From: the human T2T-CHM13v2.0 reference genome, Homo sapiens | Reading direction: 5' to 3' (one strand) | Length of the DNA stretch: 64,000 bases | NCBI RefSeq assembly: GCF_009914755.1 | Contig: NC_060938.1 | Shown here: positions 14,331 to 29,283 of the stretch, piece by piece | Layout: every line of letters starts with the position of its first letter | How positions within the stretch are numbered: the stretch's first letter is position 1 | Program-made: the position numbers and the translations under genes | Notes under the pieces: generated by a model | What the model was told of the DNA's origin: nothing | Seen by the model: the letters and a program-made list of their open reading frames with translations, nothing else | Databases searched by the model: none

Positions 14331-16632
14331 GGGTGCACAGGGGTATATGAGCTTTCTCTTCCAAGGAGCCTTTGAGTCCTCATCTCTGCTGTTACAGTAC
14401 AGACCCAGAATTTCTTATGTAGGAGAGTAAATACATTTATGAAATAATAATGGAATTCATTTTATGCTAGGGCCATATTTCTAACTACCTTCCAATGTAG
14501 CAGGAGATAGCAAGACTTAAGGATATCTTAGTCTGACTCTTTTAAAAAAGAAAAAATAAAGAATTACAGTTCTTGGGTATATAGTCTTGTACCTCTGTAA
14601 TCTGTGAACTGTCTTTCTTCCAAGGATCCCATGGAAACCTTTACAAATCTAGCTGATATTCACTATAGTTCTAAAACATTTCCTTCCTTAGCTGTTCCAT
14701 GGGGAGTTTTCTGTGATCTCGCAGTTTCAAGCTACTTTTTGGGGACCTTCCATACTTCATTCAGGTGGGAGCTGCCATAGTTAACTAGTTTCGGAGCACA
14801 ACTCTTTATCAAACACTATATATGTAAAAAACTGCCATGTTAAATACCACTTGTTGCTCTTTCATCTTCAGTCAGCTATATGCAAAATAGGTCTTTACAG
14901 GCAAATTTACATTCTATCACAGAAACAGTGACTATCAGATAACCAACTCCCTTCTCAATTCTTTTTTTTGGCTTGTTTTCTTGCTTACTTGCTTGGTTGC
15001 TTTCTCTCTTTCCTAGCTGAATAGCATTACAGGCCACTTCTAAAATAAACTGGGTTGTGGAATTTCCACTGAAGGCTGGAGATGAAAAACATACTCATTT
15101 ACACTGTGTGCGAACTTGGTGGACTAACATTGGTTAAACTTTGAAATTAAGAGATTTTTTTTTCCTGATTTTTGGCCATCTCTTTAATGCAATTTCAGGT
15201 AGCCACATGGTTCTTAAAACCCCAAATGCAGCTATCTTCAGTAAGTACAAAATGAAAATATGTTGCATCCTAACAGATAAGAATTTCTTCTTTCTCATGA
15301 TGAGAGCTGTTACCTAAAGGAGCAAAGCTTTAATGGGGTCTCAGCTTGATTTTGCCATGTTTATATACAAAAGAGATGAGGCAAGCTTTGTTTTGAAGAT
15401 GTTAATTGATTCTGTCCACCATGCTGTCTAACAGCCAATTCCCTGAAAATGTAGTGATGGAAAAAAAATCTGTTCCAATTACTGTATAAGTAAAATGCTT
15501 CCCTTCCACCTCCACTAAAGAAAAAAATGGCACTCACTGCTCAGGATCTGAGATCGACAGCTGATTCTGCACATGCAAAGCCCTGCTGCCATTTGTCATT
15601 TCAGGAACTGCTTTATTTTTGTCAAAATGGAAGGAAAAAAAAGGAGAGAGACATTATACAGACATCAGAATTCAAATCATTTGCAACCTGATTTGGGTAA
15701 TGAAGGCTCAAGGCGGAGTTGAGATTTAGGGACTAAGGTGGTTGTATAAGTATGTAACTTCACAAGAATCTGTTTTAGACCCAGAGCAGATTAATAGCCA
15801 GATTACAATGGCATTTCCTGGGCTTAGGAATCTCATTATCCTCTTCTTTCATATTTCTTTAAAGTGGAAGACCCTTCCACTACGGTGGTGTCATTTGAAC
15901 TCAAGTGTCAGGTTCACATCCTTGTGCCCTGAAGTTTCAAAGTGTCCAGTTGCTGTAGGAGCTTTTTCTATTCTGATATTACTGATACTGAGACTGGATA
16001 GGAAGCATACCCTGTTTAGCTGCACATCTAAATAATCGGTAATGAGAACATCCTTGACAAAACTATCTTGCGGAGGAGAGGTCAGGTCTTACCTGCATGC
16101 CTGCGACCTTCAGCAAACAAAGGCAGAGATCTAAGGAGAAAACAGGATGTGGGATGTTTCCAGTGGACCTTGGCAGTGGACTTGCTTTGTGTTTGCAATG
16201 GAAGAAGGAACTAGAGGGGGGATAACCTCATGGTTGTCTTTTCTTCTAAATTTCTAAGACAACCAGTGAAGCTTGAGGCCTTTTCTCCAGAACTATACAA
16301 TCTTTGCCTCCAGCAAGCTCTGTTTTTACTAATAACCAGATTGTCAGGTGGAAAACTTTTTCTAAGTGGACCTTACTTCTCTAAGTAAAAAAACAAATCC
16401 CCTGAGGCATGAAGACCTCCATTTTACACTTTTGTTATATACTTCACAGGTACCTGAAATGGTTCTGGACAAAGGATATGATGATCGACAATAAAGAAAT
16501 CAAAGATCATATTCATAATTATAACCAACAAAAAATAATTCTGGGGATAATATTGTCAAAATGGATTCCACTGCAAACAGGCAGTAGGATTTACTTTGAC
16601 AATATTCTCCCCAGAATTATTCTGGATATCAC

Positions 16633-17234
16633 TGTAGGGACCAAAGGAGAGTTTTTCCCTTGGCCTTCCAAAGATTCTCTGAAAAATCAACTTGCAAAAT
16701 GCAAATTGATCAGAGAAAAAGTGTACACATTTATTTAATGTGTATACACAGGAGCCTTCAAAATGAAGACCCAAAGATACAGGAGAAATTGTTCATTTTT
16801 ATGCTTAGGTTCAACCAAGTGTGGACATCTGTGTAGAAATATGATTGGACAAAAAGGGTATGATCTAATGGTAATGGACTGAGGCAGAAAACCCAGCGAG
16901 GCCTGGCCGTGTAGACTCTTCTTGGCCTCTCTGAGCCCACATTCCTTTTTTTCTGGGTAGGGGGCAAAACTTTTTCTGAAATGGGGGTCTTATGACCTAT
17001 AATCAAACAAGGTAGTCAGGCAGTTTCTGCGTGGTCAGTTTTTACACAGAAAGGCAGAGGGAAATTGGAGTAATATTTTTAGGTCTTATGACTAGCTTTG
17101 AGGAAGAGGGATCCTAGTTTCTATGGCTAGCATTGGGGAAGAATGGGACTGAGAAACAGGAGGGCAGGGGAAGGTCAGAAAAACTTTTGCTTCTGAGGCC
17201 TTCATTTTGGGGTATTGTTTACTGAGCCCCAACA
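16633..17234 (-). mobile_element. ERV1 (MER4-group, MER39-like) solo LTR
   Basis: TG...CA termini; ends 'ttctgaggccttcattttggggtattgtttactgagccccaaca'; 4-bp flanks tcac/ccac; related to the LTR at 44446-45180. Confidence 0.8.
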
Positions 17235-17868
17235 CCACCTCGAGGGTTTCCAGGTATATTTTTTAAAGACCTTCTAACAAATGTTCCTTTTATTTATACA
17301 TCCATTTAATTATTGGTGCTAGTTCCAATGCAAGACTTAAAAAATTCCACTTCTAATTCCCCACCTGCATGGAGGGCACAAATCTCCAACTCATGATCAG
17401 AATTTCCTGCAATCCGTATGTCATTTAATGAATTCCACTCTATTCTTCTGGAAATCGAACACTCTAGAAACATAGTTTTCCTTTTAGCTGCAAACCTATT
17501 AATGCTGGCAGCCATAAAATAAATGCAGTCACAACTATTCCCCACAAATGAATCAGTCAGCTCAGATTAAAATATACTCTTTGCATATCACTGAAGGGCT
17601 CTTCCTGGTCAGCTTGTAAGTGTTCTGTTTTCATTGCGTGGTATTCATTTTCCTTTTAGCATTGCACTTGATTTGTGAAGTAGTGTTGACTGCTAGATTC
17701 CCATCATTAACATTAAGTTTTATTGCCTTAAATCTCTGTCTTATGTTCACTATAAATGTTTTAAGTCAACATAATGCTAGCAAGAGGTGCTGGGTTAACA
17801 GACTACAGTTGGCATATGATTCTCATTTGGGGCAGGGAATTGTGCAGGGTTATTAGGAGCTTTCTACC

Positions 17869-18452
<584 letters not shown>

Positions 18453-18574
18453 CTAACATTTTTTAATCCTATACAATGTTAGCACTGGCCTCATCTAGTC
18501 CTAAGAAGTTTGCTCCTAATCATGTATTCATTAGAATTGAGGAGGAGAATATTTCCCATGGTGAATTTATATGT

Positions 18575-18780
18575 TCCGCCAATTCAACCAACATCAAATA
18601 TTTATTAGCTGCATACCGTGTGCCAGATACAGAGCCAGACACTCAATTTTGCAGACACAGTATACCTGCTGTCCTAGAGTTTAGACTCTAATGAGGGAGA
18701 GAGATAATAAACAAGGAAATAAGTGTATGTAACAATGTACAGCTAGAAATGCTGGGAAAGAAACGAACGTGAGAGACACT
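18575..18780 (-). mobile_element. L2 3' end fragment
   Basis: 'caaatatttattagctgcataccgtgtgccagatac...cctgctgtcctagagtttagactctaatgaggga'. Confidence 0.7.
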
Positions 18781-18991
18781 TATTGGAATTTAAATGCAAG
18801 CCACTCCACTATATCTACTAGGTGTGTGTGTTACAAAATACAAAAAAAGAAAAGCCTCCTGGGAGGGTAGCAGGAGTTAAATTACTCAAAATTAAGCCAC
18901 AGTTTAAGACAGCAAAACATAACAGAACCCAGAGATGCCCCAAGGCAATACAAAGTTAATTATCTAAGTAGTAGTAACAAGAATAACTGCT

Positions 18992-19318
<327 letters not shown>

Positions 19319-19571
19319 TTAAGGAAGAGTAGTGTGGCGGGTTAGAGATGGTGGTTAGAAGAGGCTTTCTAGAGGATCCCAAAATGATGAGGAGATTGTG
19401 GATGGAAAGTGGTCTCTTAAGCAGAAGAAAAAGCATGGAAGAAATACTAGGGTCAGGGAAGATAAAAAATATTACGCTGTTATGAACAATCAATTATATA
19501 GGGAAAGTAAATAATGTTAGAAAGGTAGTTTAAAATTTTCCTTTTTTGCTTATCATGTTAGAAAGAATTTA

Positions 19572-19960
<389 letters not shown>

Positions 19961-20059
19961 TTATTTCTATATCTTGCTGATGGGGTTGATGGGGTTAGCA
20001 ATTGCTATAGTCTCCCTAGTAGGGGATTTAGGAGACAGATGAAAAACTGTTAGACTATT

Positions 20060-20660
20060 TACGTATTTAACCAAAAGGTTCCATTTTGGGGTATTCATCC
20101 TATGGAAATAGTCATGAAAGTAGGTAAAGATTTAGTTCCAGAGATGTTTATTATAGTTTCTTGTGAACATTCTTATTTGAAAAGAAGATAAGTGCCCAAT
20201 AATATCAGTTTGATTACAGTACACTCAAGCGGTTAGCACAGATATTCATCATAGCTGTACTTGATAACAGTTGTTACTATTATCATGTTCTTGTGTGAGA
20301 GGTAAAGGGAGATAAGATTAAACTTTTTGATGTTATAAACACCATCACATACTTCAATCTAATATTTTAGAAGAATATTTAATACTATTTTAGGTTTACT
20401 GTTGAATTACATCAACAGATGTTTGTAAAACACAGAGCAAAAAGTAGAGTAAGTTATACAAGATCAATTTAGTCACATCTCTATGTGAGTATGTTTGCAT
20501 CAAATAAATACTGGAATGATATATGTGTGTGTATATATATGTATATACAGTATATTCAAATGTGAACAGTGAGTAGTGAGATTACAGGTAATTTTGATTC
20601 TTTTTGTTTGTTTGTTTAACATTATGTTCTAAAATGTGTATGGTAAAAAAAAAAGTAGTT
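20060..20660 (+). mobile_element. Old L1 (L1M) 3' fragments
   Basis: 'ttccattttggggtattcatcctatggaaata...gatgtttattatag...aagtgcccaata', 'gtgagattacaggtaattttgattc'. Confidence 0.5.
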
Positions 20661-20834
20661 TTTTTTTATTTCTAAGACTAGAAAATTATTTAGCAAACAA
20701 GTGGACCAAAGATATTACAGATAGCATTTCCTAAACATGATGTGCCTTTTGTCATGGAAAAAATGGATGATTTTGTTTTCTTCTTCAGCTTAATATGCGA
20801 TATAATAAGCTCAGTCATCGAAGAGTGAAGTGCA

Positions 20835-21000
20835 GCATACTGAAAAAGTATGATTTGGTTTCACACAGATCTTGGTTTAAATCCCAGCTTCATCTCTCAT
20901 TAATGATCACATCCTGAACAAGTTAATATGTATGTCTCGGTCTTCTCTTTAGAAAGCTGACAATGGGGACATGTATGTTAAGTGACTAGCACAGCGCTTA
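20835..21000 (+). mobile_element. MIR SINE
   Basis: 'cagatcttggtttaaatcccagcttc...cctgaacaagtta...gtctcggtcttctc'. Confidence 0.6.
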
Positions 21001-21020
21001 CCAGAGGACCATTCTCCCGC

Positions 21021-21502
21021 TGTAGCAGGACGAGCCGCAGACGAAACCTCTCAGACACCAAATTGTAAAAGGAAGGGCTTTATTCAGCTGGGAGTATGGG
21101 CCAGCTACTCTCTCAAAATCCGAGCTCTCTGAGTGCACAATTTCTGTCCCTTTTAATGGCTCACAACACTAAAGATTTCACGTGAAAGGGTGGTGATTGA
21201 TTTGAGCAAGCAGGCGGTACGTGACAGGGGCTGCATGCACCGGTGGTCAGAGAGAAACAGAACAGGGCAGGGAGTTTCAAAATGTTCTTCTATACAATGT
21301 CTGGAATCTATGAATAACATCGGTTTCTAAGTTATGAGTTGATTTTTAGCTACTGGGTTTAGGCCAGGCAGGCCCAGGCCTGGTTTCGGGCCTGGCGCCG
21401 GGCTGCCTGTCTTTGATTTTACTTCCTTGTTGTTTTTTCTTAAAACAGGTACTGAGTATAAAACAATATAAAACAATATGAGAGGGTCTCTCTCTTCCCT
21501 CA
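21021..21502 (-). mobile_element. LTR2-family solo LTR (best match LTR2B; HERV-E/Harlequin group)
   Basis: Reverse complement begins 'tgagggaagagagagaccctctcatattgttttatattg' and ends 'gtctgcggctcgtcctgctaca'; AATAAA on the minus strand; 4-bp TSD ccgc/ccac; many CpGs retained. Confidence 0.88.
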
Positions 21503-23909
21503 CCACATATGTGAGAAAAGAGAAAATATGGCTAAGTCATGTACTTAACTGAGTATTAAAACACATGTCTTACCAGAAATAGCAATTTTTCAAGTGTGTG
21601 AAACACATTAAAAATAAACTTTGAAACTCCAAAAATCTTTAAAATATGTAAATTCATTTAGACTTTACTAGAAAAATAAAGTTATCTCTCTGAAATTTTG
21701 TTGTTAAATATTTGTAGAAAAGGATGTAAAGTGGAATGAGGTCTAGAGAGAGAATTTTGATGGATGTGTGTATTTGAGTCAGTTTTCATCCCACTGAATC
21801 TTTAGTCAAATCAAATAAAAATGAAGGTAATTTGTCAGCTTGCAGAATCATGCCAAGCAAAGTCGAAAACTGCCAGCCTATGTTCATTCTCATGGTTTGA
21901 ACAAACCGAACTCCAAGTAATTCATTGTTTGGTTTTGAATTACTTATATTCACTCTGTTGATCCCATTTTGCTTTGAAATTGTACTTTCATGTTTATTTT
22001 CTGTAGTCCAGAATGGAGGTAGGAGGAGGAAATATCTGGAAATACCTAAAAACATCTTGAACATACCTTAAAAGTAACATGTTTAGGAGGTCCCTGAGTT
22101 AGTTTTATTAGCACCTCTGAGTGTTACAGAAATGATTGCAAATCTCCAAACTCACAGACATTTGCCCAGAGTCCCCACCTATAATCATGTGCTGGGAGAG
22201 CTTTAGTATAATTATTAGGCCAGTGTAGGACAAGCAGCAGCGTGCACATAGTCACATTTAAAGTGAGGATTTAAATGACAACAAAAAGCAAAGCAAAATG
22301 ACACTCTATATAACTTGGGATTGTTTTTATTTAAATCAAAATTTAAAAAATTTTAATTATACATATGTCCTGGGGTATGAGTGGAGGGGTGGCTATGGGG
22401 ATGGGTACACAGGCATGAATGAACACAGGAGACTATGAAAGATGCTTCAGATGCCCCCCGGACAAAGATGGAGAAGGAAATGTTTTCTGTACCATCTCTA
22501 TATGGGCAGTTCAGCTTTCTCTCTGTGCTTGTTTTCTCTGCTCTCTCTGTTTGGATTTGAAGAAAAAGAGGTTTTTTGTTTTTTTTTTTTCCTTTTTCTT
22601 TTGTCTCTATTTTATTTATTTTTTAAGTAGACTGTCAAAATTTTAGCTGTGATTGAAGAAAAGAAATAAGACAAATAAAATTAGTGGGAAACCAAGGAGG
22701 GGGAAATGGGATTGCCACTTCCTCTTTTACAGAGTCAGCAGTTTTAATACCTGTAAACAAAAAGTTCTTTGCTGGAACTCTTTTTAGAATGGAAAATGGG
22801 ATGAATAGGTACAGCATTATCAAACCATTTGTTGTGCTCCCTTTTTCTTGAATTGATGGAAAATATAGAAATAACACAAACCAAAGTTGACACTCTTGAA
22901 ATGACTTGTCCTTAGAATTTATTGTTTATCTCACGGAAACATGAAGAAATGTCTTCATTAATGTTTTTGATCTCAGAGCCCCATTTCCTTTTATCTCCCA
23001 GCAGAAGTGTTGCAGTGTCCTCACATTTGGATTGAGAATTTAGATAGATAAGAATTCAACCCTCTAGTCCCATTTACTGCAATTGTATTTAAATACCAGC
23101 TTAATTAGCTGTACTCATCCTCCTTCCCAATCCTCTTTGAAGTAGGAAAGTCCCATTGCTTCCGTTTAGCTAATGCTATGCTCATACCCTAGTTTTTAAG
23201 CTTTGTAGAAAGTACAGATATGACTGCCCCATGTGATCTCTAAGAAGTCTAGATATTTGATCCACAGAAGCATTTTGTTCCATGGAGGACGTGGAGTTTG
23301 TTGCTTTGGATTTGAGCTTCATTTAAAGCATTTGCTTATTTTTCATCTTGCAAAATTAATCTAAATCAACTTAATGAAGGGTAGAACATTGAGATATATA
23401 CCTGTTAATAGTAGAATAATATGACATGGCACAGTATCCAGGTATGGAAAAGGTGAATAGGGATAATGTTATGAGATTTTTAGAGTACGTTAATTTTATA
23501 AAGCATGCTTATGGGAAAAGCCAAACATTGATGACATTTCGCAGAAAATGTTATGTTCAGGTTTGGCAAATACCAATAAGGTCAGAGAAAAAGCAATATG
23601 AATCAGTATTAAGAAAATTATAAGATAGTGTATGTCTAGGTCATGATCTTTAGTATCATCAATAAAACCACTAAGGATGCCTCACTATAGCTGTGAGATG
23701 GGTTCGGACCATGATATCCAGTTTAATACTATTTGGGAGCAGAAGTAACTAGATATATTTATCCTATGATATTTTACACTTATTGGACACCTGTTGAATC
23801 TCTGTTGGCTTGAGATTTAATTTGCTAAGAGAAAAGCAACTGAAGTTACTAAGGTAATAGACATAACATATGATCTAAAAATTGAGAGTACGTTAATCAA
23901 GGGGAGTGA

Positions 23910-24262
23910 GCAGAAATTATTCTCGTCAATCATCCGTGTGTCCCTCTATATCCTTCACCTTTATTGCTGTTAGATTTGGAGGAAATTCTGAGCAATGTTC
24001 CGTGATCAGGGGTGAAAAGTGTCATTTCTGGGCTGAGGCAGTTTATAGTCATTTGCACCTTTTCTATACCACTCTCTTTCCCTGCCTTCTCTTCTCAATG
24101 TTCTGAAAATCTTGTGTTCTAAAGGGACTTGAATAAGATGGAGATAGAGTGCCAACCCACATTAGCATTTATAGCATATATGGAGCAAGAAATGAACACG
24201 TGTGTATGTCTTTATGTAAGTTACAGATACTTATCTATGATACCTATCCTGACTATTGCAAC
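23910..24262 (+). mobile_element. Old MaLR LTR fragment (MLT1J/K-like)
   Basis: 'tttctgggctgaggcagttta', 'ctctctttccctgcc', 'gagcaagaaatgaac', 'cctatcctgactattgca'. Confidence 0.45.
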
Positions 24263-24433
24263 ATGTTAAGCTTTCCACTGATAATTAAATTTCATATATA
24301 AATAGATAATTAATTTTGATATTTAAAAAATGTAAGTTACAAAAGCACTATGCTACTCTGAGAGGAAATTGAGAAATACTAAAGTTTTCTTTCATGGAGC
24401 CCCATAGTTGGACCTTCACAAAGGCTTCAAAAG

Positions 24434-24637
24434 CTAGTTTCCTAACCAGTAAAAGTCAGCATGAGACACAGTGGGCTGAGATAACAGGCCCCTCAGCCTA
24501 GGGGTGGTTTGCTGAAGTAGGAGGCCAGAGCCTCTGGATGAGTCATCTTCAGTTGTTACGACGGCTTACTCTGTGGACCATGCAAATAATATCATTTTCG
24601 ATGTGTTCCATGATGCGAAAAAGTTAGAGAAGTACCA
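24434..24637. mobile_element. hAT-Charlie MITE, MER112-like
   Basis: 'cccctcagcctaggggtgg', 'atcattttcgatgtgttccatgatgcgaaaaagttagagaagtac'. Confidence 0.55.
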
Positions 24638-25059
24638 TAGGTCTTTGTATCAGGCACCAATATAACCACCCCTACACTCCAGATCTTCTTTCCCCATACT
24701 CATTTCTCCACTCTCCTCCAAGTCCTGCCTCAAACGAGTTATTATTTTCACATAAAACTGAGAAGGAACTGTTGAAATGACTGACATCTTCAGCAAATAA
24801 AATAGTTGTCAAATTAATAAATAAATGTCACTTGAGGCACTTCTGAGCTTCTCAATATGTCTTCTTTTGGAGGACTATTTGTTGGCATAGGAGAAGATTT
24901 CCTAGCAACCCTCAAAATCTTTCCAATTAGGAACCTAAATTCTATTCCCAAAGGTTATGATATAAAGAGGAAACTTGAAAATTTGTAACTGAACTCTATT
25001 GAAGTATGGGGTATTTCAATTGAGTAAGCCCAATATTTACCTGCATCACAAAAAAACTA

Positions 25060-25300
25060 GATTTTAATAATTTCTTATACTTATCAAGTGTTTATGCCAT
25101 GTACCATATTTAACATATATTTACTCATTAGTTTTTCAAAATTCTTATGAAATGATATTGTTTTTATACCCATTTTACAGATGAGAAAACTGAGAGAGAC
25201 CTTAAGGAGCTTTCTCATGATGCATGGCTAGTTAATGGCAGAACTCATGTTAAAGCAAGCAGTCCAACCCTGCCTGGGCTCTTAAACAGTGGAGTCTGCT
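25060..25300 (-). mobile_element. MIR SINE
   Basis: Antisense MIR core 'cccattttacagatgagaaaactgag'. Confidence 0.8.
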
Positions 25301-27579
25301 GTCTCCTTTTAACAGGATGAAGGTGAAGTTCTCAGCTTGATATTTTTGTTTCATTCAGTGCAAAGTGTCATCTTCTACCCCAGTGCCAAAAATTACTTCA
25401 AAGAAAACAGCTTTTTGACTACCGACAGTTATGTACAAGAGGTGTGATTTGGGGTTTTAAGAGCTTACTTTGACACAGCTCAGATCCCTTTTTTGGTAGT
25501 GAAAATTATGCTGTTATCTCCTAAAAAACATCATCTGCTCTGTCCCCACCTCTTTAATTTGACAGGTGATTCCATATCCATGTAAGAGCATTTTGGTGTC
25601 TGCAAAACAATAAAAATCGTCCCAGTAAACCCATGTTCTATTCAAAAAATTTTGGCATATTGATTGTCTGGGGTAAGGTTCAAAATTGCATAAACTTCCT
25701 TGCCCCACAAATCACTTTGTTGCATCGACAATAATAATCACAATTATTGATAGTAAAATAATTTGGCCATTCTATGAATAGTAAGGACTGCACATGTTAA
25801 AAAGAGGCAAAAGAATGGATAGATGATCAGAATCCATTCTCAGTAACCAGAGCTAAGGAAACAGCTCAAGTAAAAACGCTCAGCTTACTTAATGCTCTAT
25901 AGTAATTAATAGTAATTGATAACAACTTGTAGCAATTAAGATCTAATGCACTTAATTTGCAAATGTACTCCTTAACTTTGAATACACTTTTTTCTCTAAG
26001 GCGAAAGTCTAGAATTGGAGACTCTTGGATTCTTCTTCCCATTCTTTTCCTTCTTCCTTGGAAAAAATCAGAAACAATCTCGAAATGTGGCCTGTTGGAG
26101 CTGGAAAAGAGCTTAGAGATTGTTCTAGTACAGTTGTGTCAAACTACAGGTGAAAACTTTGAATCTTGGAGAAGACCACTGGTTTATTCCACCTCTCTAG
26201 CCATCGGCATGAATGTCTATTGGTATACTTGGTTTAGCTGCCCAATTTATGGCCAAGACTGGGACATGATATGGTACAAAATATGGTGTTTTTGTATAAA
26301 GAGCTATCTCTTGTTCCTTCGTTGTAAGGGGACTGAGGGCACAAGAGTTCTAAGACTGATAATCCCATCAACTTAATATATTAAAAGAGGTTTTATATCT
26401 AAAGCATCCAACACAGTGTCTGGCCTAGAGGAGGCACTATATCTATAGAACAAATAAACGAATGTTGGAACATAGCCTCTCTAAATTCTATTTGAATGAC
26501 TTAACACAAAGATCAGAAATTTGCATAGCTGTTTGTGTTAGCCCTTTAAAACAAAACTCTCCTAGGGGAACATATGTGAATTCTATTCAGAGTTTAAAAA
26601 CAGATTCATGGGAGAGCCCCAAACCAATCAAAAACATGGCAAGGTTTAAAAAACAAAAAAGACAAAAAACAAACCAGAAAAAAAAAATTATGAAAAGACC
26701 CTGCCTGCCAAGAGTGACTTGTTTGCAATTGAAAACCTGGAGATATGAGTACATAATAGAAACGTGGCAATGATCATCTGGGCAAAAACACAATTTGTAT
26801 GACAATGAATCAGGAAATGTCCTGGAACACCAGAAGATGAAAAACCTGGGATTTTATAAGGCACATTCAAGTTGCTGCGCATGCGTCACACCATGAATTT
26901 TCCTGTGGTCTGACATCCTGTTAAAAGCATTGGTCTCTTTCTAAACATTGGTAGTAGAAGTGTACCACAACAGGCAACCTTACATTTAAAGAAAGAATGT
27001 AATAGATACCTGTGGAAACTGTCAAAAGTGTCTTCTAGAGCTATTTTTGAGGTCTCTTTTATTCCTTCATTCCTGATCTGAAATTCATTAAGGCTAAGAG
27101 TGCCCCTTAAATTATGTTCTGCTGTATCCTGGAGGAACACCTGAAGAAGTTAATAATAAACCCTAGAGATTAGGCAAGTGGAAAGAATTATGAAATAAAA
27201 CAAAGCAAAGAAATTGTGTAAACAAATTAATTAATTGTCTGAAAGTGAAAGCATGTTTGTAATTTTGCCCTTGTCAAAGAAAAATTGGAGTTCATTATGC
27301 TCACTGACTGATTTAAAAGCTTCTTCCCGCGTAGCATCACCGGGAGAATGAGTGTGTTGTGAGTGCAAAGCATGGATCGGTTGCAGCATCAATTAAAATA
27401 GAAATTCATTATTGAAACCTCCAGAGTAAAAGGTTTGTGCTTTCTGCTTTGAGGATGGGAGGAAGCTTTTCTTTTCTTATTTTTAAGTTTTGTTTATTTT
27501 TTTTCTCTCCTCTCTCCAATTGGTATAGGAACATTTATTTTGGATTTCCAGTAGCAGGCATTATACCTTTTTGTAATAA

Positions 27580-27810
27580 ATTATATTAATACCTGTTATA
27601 CATTGAGCACATGCTATATACCAGGCATTCTATATACTTTATCATCTTTAACCCTCAGAGCAATCATGTGGTGAAAGGTATCCATCAGTGTCACTTGAGG
27701 AAACTGAAGCTCACGGAGGTAAAATTGAACAGCTACTAAGTGACGATGCCAAGGATTTAACACACCCTAGGTTTGTCTGACTAGGAACTTCTGGTCTCTC
27801 CAGGACACAA
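27580..27810 (-). mobile_element. MIR SINE
   Basis: 'attgagcacatgctatataccaggcatt...tgaggaaactgaagctcacggaggtaaaattg...acagctactaagtg'. Confidence 0.75.
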
Positions 27811-29283
27811 CAGAGCCTTCTAAGGCAGGTTTACTGTGTTGAGTTGGGTTTGCCCCTATAACAAGGCTATCAAAGATATATGTGTGTATCCAGGATAGGC
27901 ATTCTGTATTCAGTTACGTGTTGGAGTGCTATCGAGAGCCCAGTGGGATTATAGGTGGAATAAGATACCTTCAACACAGCCATCTGCTGCATATGGTGAC
28001 CCTTCTGCTCTCCAAATGAGCAGAAGCTCAACCAGCTTTGCTGAAATGTGTTTGATGAGAGGATGGTGTGTTTTACTTTTGTGACATCTTTCCCCAGAGG
28101 TGGTTGCCTAAAGAGTTGAACTTTAGAGAACAAAAAGAAAGAAATGTAGGATCCATTTATGGTCTCTCCTAGAATCATGCCGTATGTTGGACTCTATATG
28201 GAAAGGGAGGAGGAATAAAATGAAGAAAGAGGAGTACACAGAGCATGGAAAACCATAAGTACGTGTGATCCATGATTACGTCATTGCACCTTGCAAAAAC
28301 TTGTTGATTTTAGCTCTGGGGAGGATGAGTGAAAATCATGGAGTCAGAGCAGAATCATGAAAAGAGATTGGTTTTGGAGCCAAGGGAACTCAGATTTACA
28401 TCTGGTCACAACATTTTTTTTTTAATATTCCCTTTTTTTATTAATTATTTTTTTTTTAATTTAAGTTCCAGGATACATGTGCAGGATGTGAAGGTTTATT
28501 TCGTAGGTAAATGCGTTCCATGGTGGTTTGCAGTACCTATCAACCCATCACCTAAGTATTAAGCCCCGCATGCATTAACTATTTATCCTGATGCTCTCTC
28601 TCCTTCTACTCCCCAGCAGGCCCCAGTGAGTTTTGTTCCCCTCTCTGTGTCCATGTGTTCTCATTGTTCAGCTCCCACTTATAAGTGAGAATATGCAGTG
28701 TTTGGTTTTCTATTCCTGCATTAGTTTGCTGAGGATAATGGCTTCCAGCTCCCTCCATGTCCCTGAAAAGGACATGATCTTATTGCTTTTAATGGCTGCA
28801 TAGTATTCCATGGTATATATATACCACATTGTCTTTGTCCAGTCTATCATTGATGGGCATTTAGGTTGATTCTGTGTCTTTGCTGTTGTGAATAGTGCTC
28901 CAATGAACATATGTGTGCATGTATCCTTATAACAGAATGATTTATGTTCCTTTGGGTATACATCTTGTAATAGGATTGCTGGGTCTAATGGTATTTCTGG
29001 TTCTAGATCTTTGAGGAATTGCCACACTGTTTTCCATAATGTTTGAACTAATTTACATTCCCACCAACAGTGTAAAAGCATTCCTACTTCTCCACAGCCT
29101 CACTAGCATCTGTTGTTTCTTGACTTTTTAATAATCACCATTCTGACTGTCATGAGATGGAGTCTCATTGTGGTTTTGATTTTCATTTCTCTAATGATCA
29201 GTGATGTTGTTGAGCTTTTTTTCATGTTTGTCGGCTGCATAAATGTTTTCTTTTGAGAAGTGTCTGTTCGTGTCCTTTGCCCA

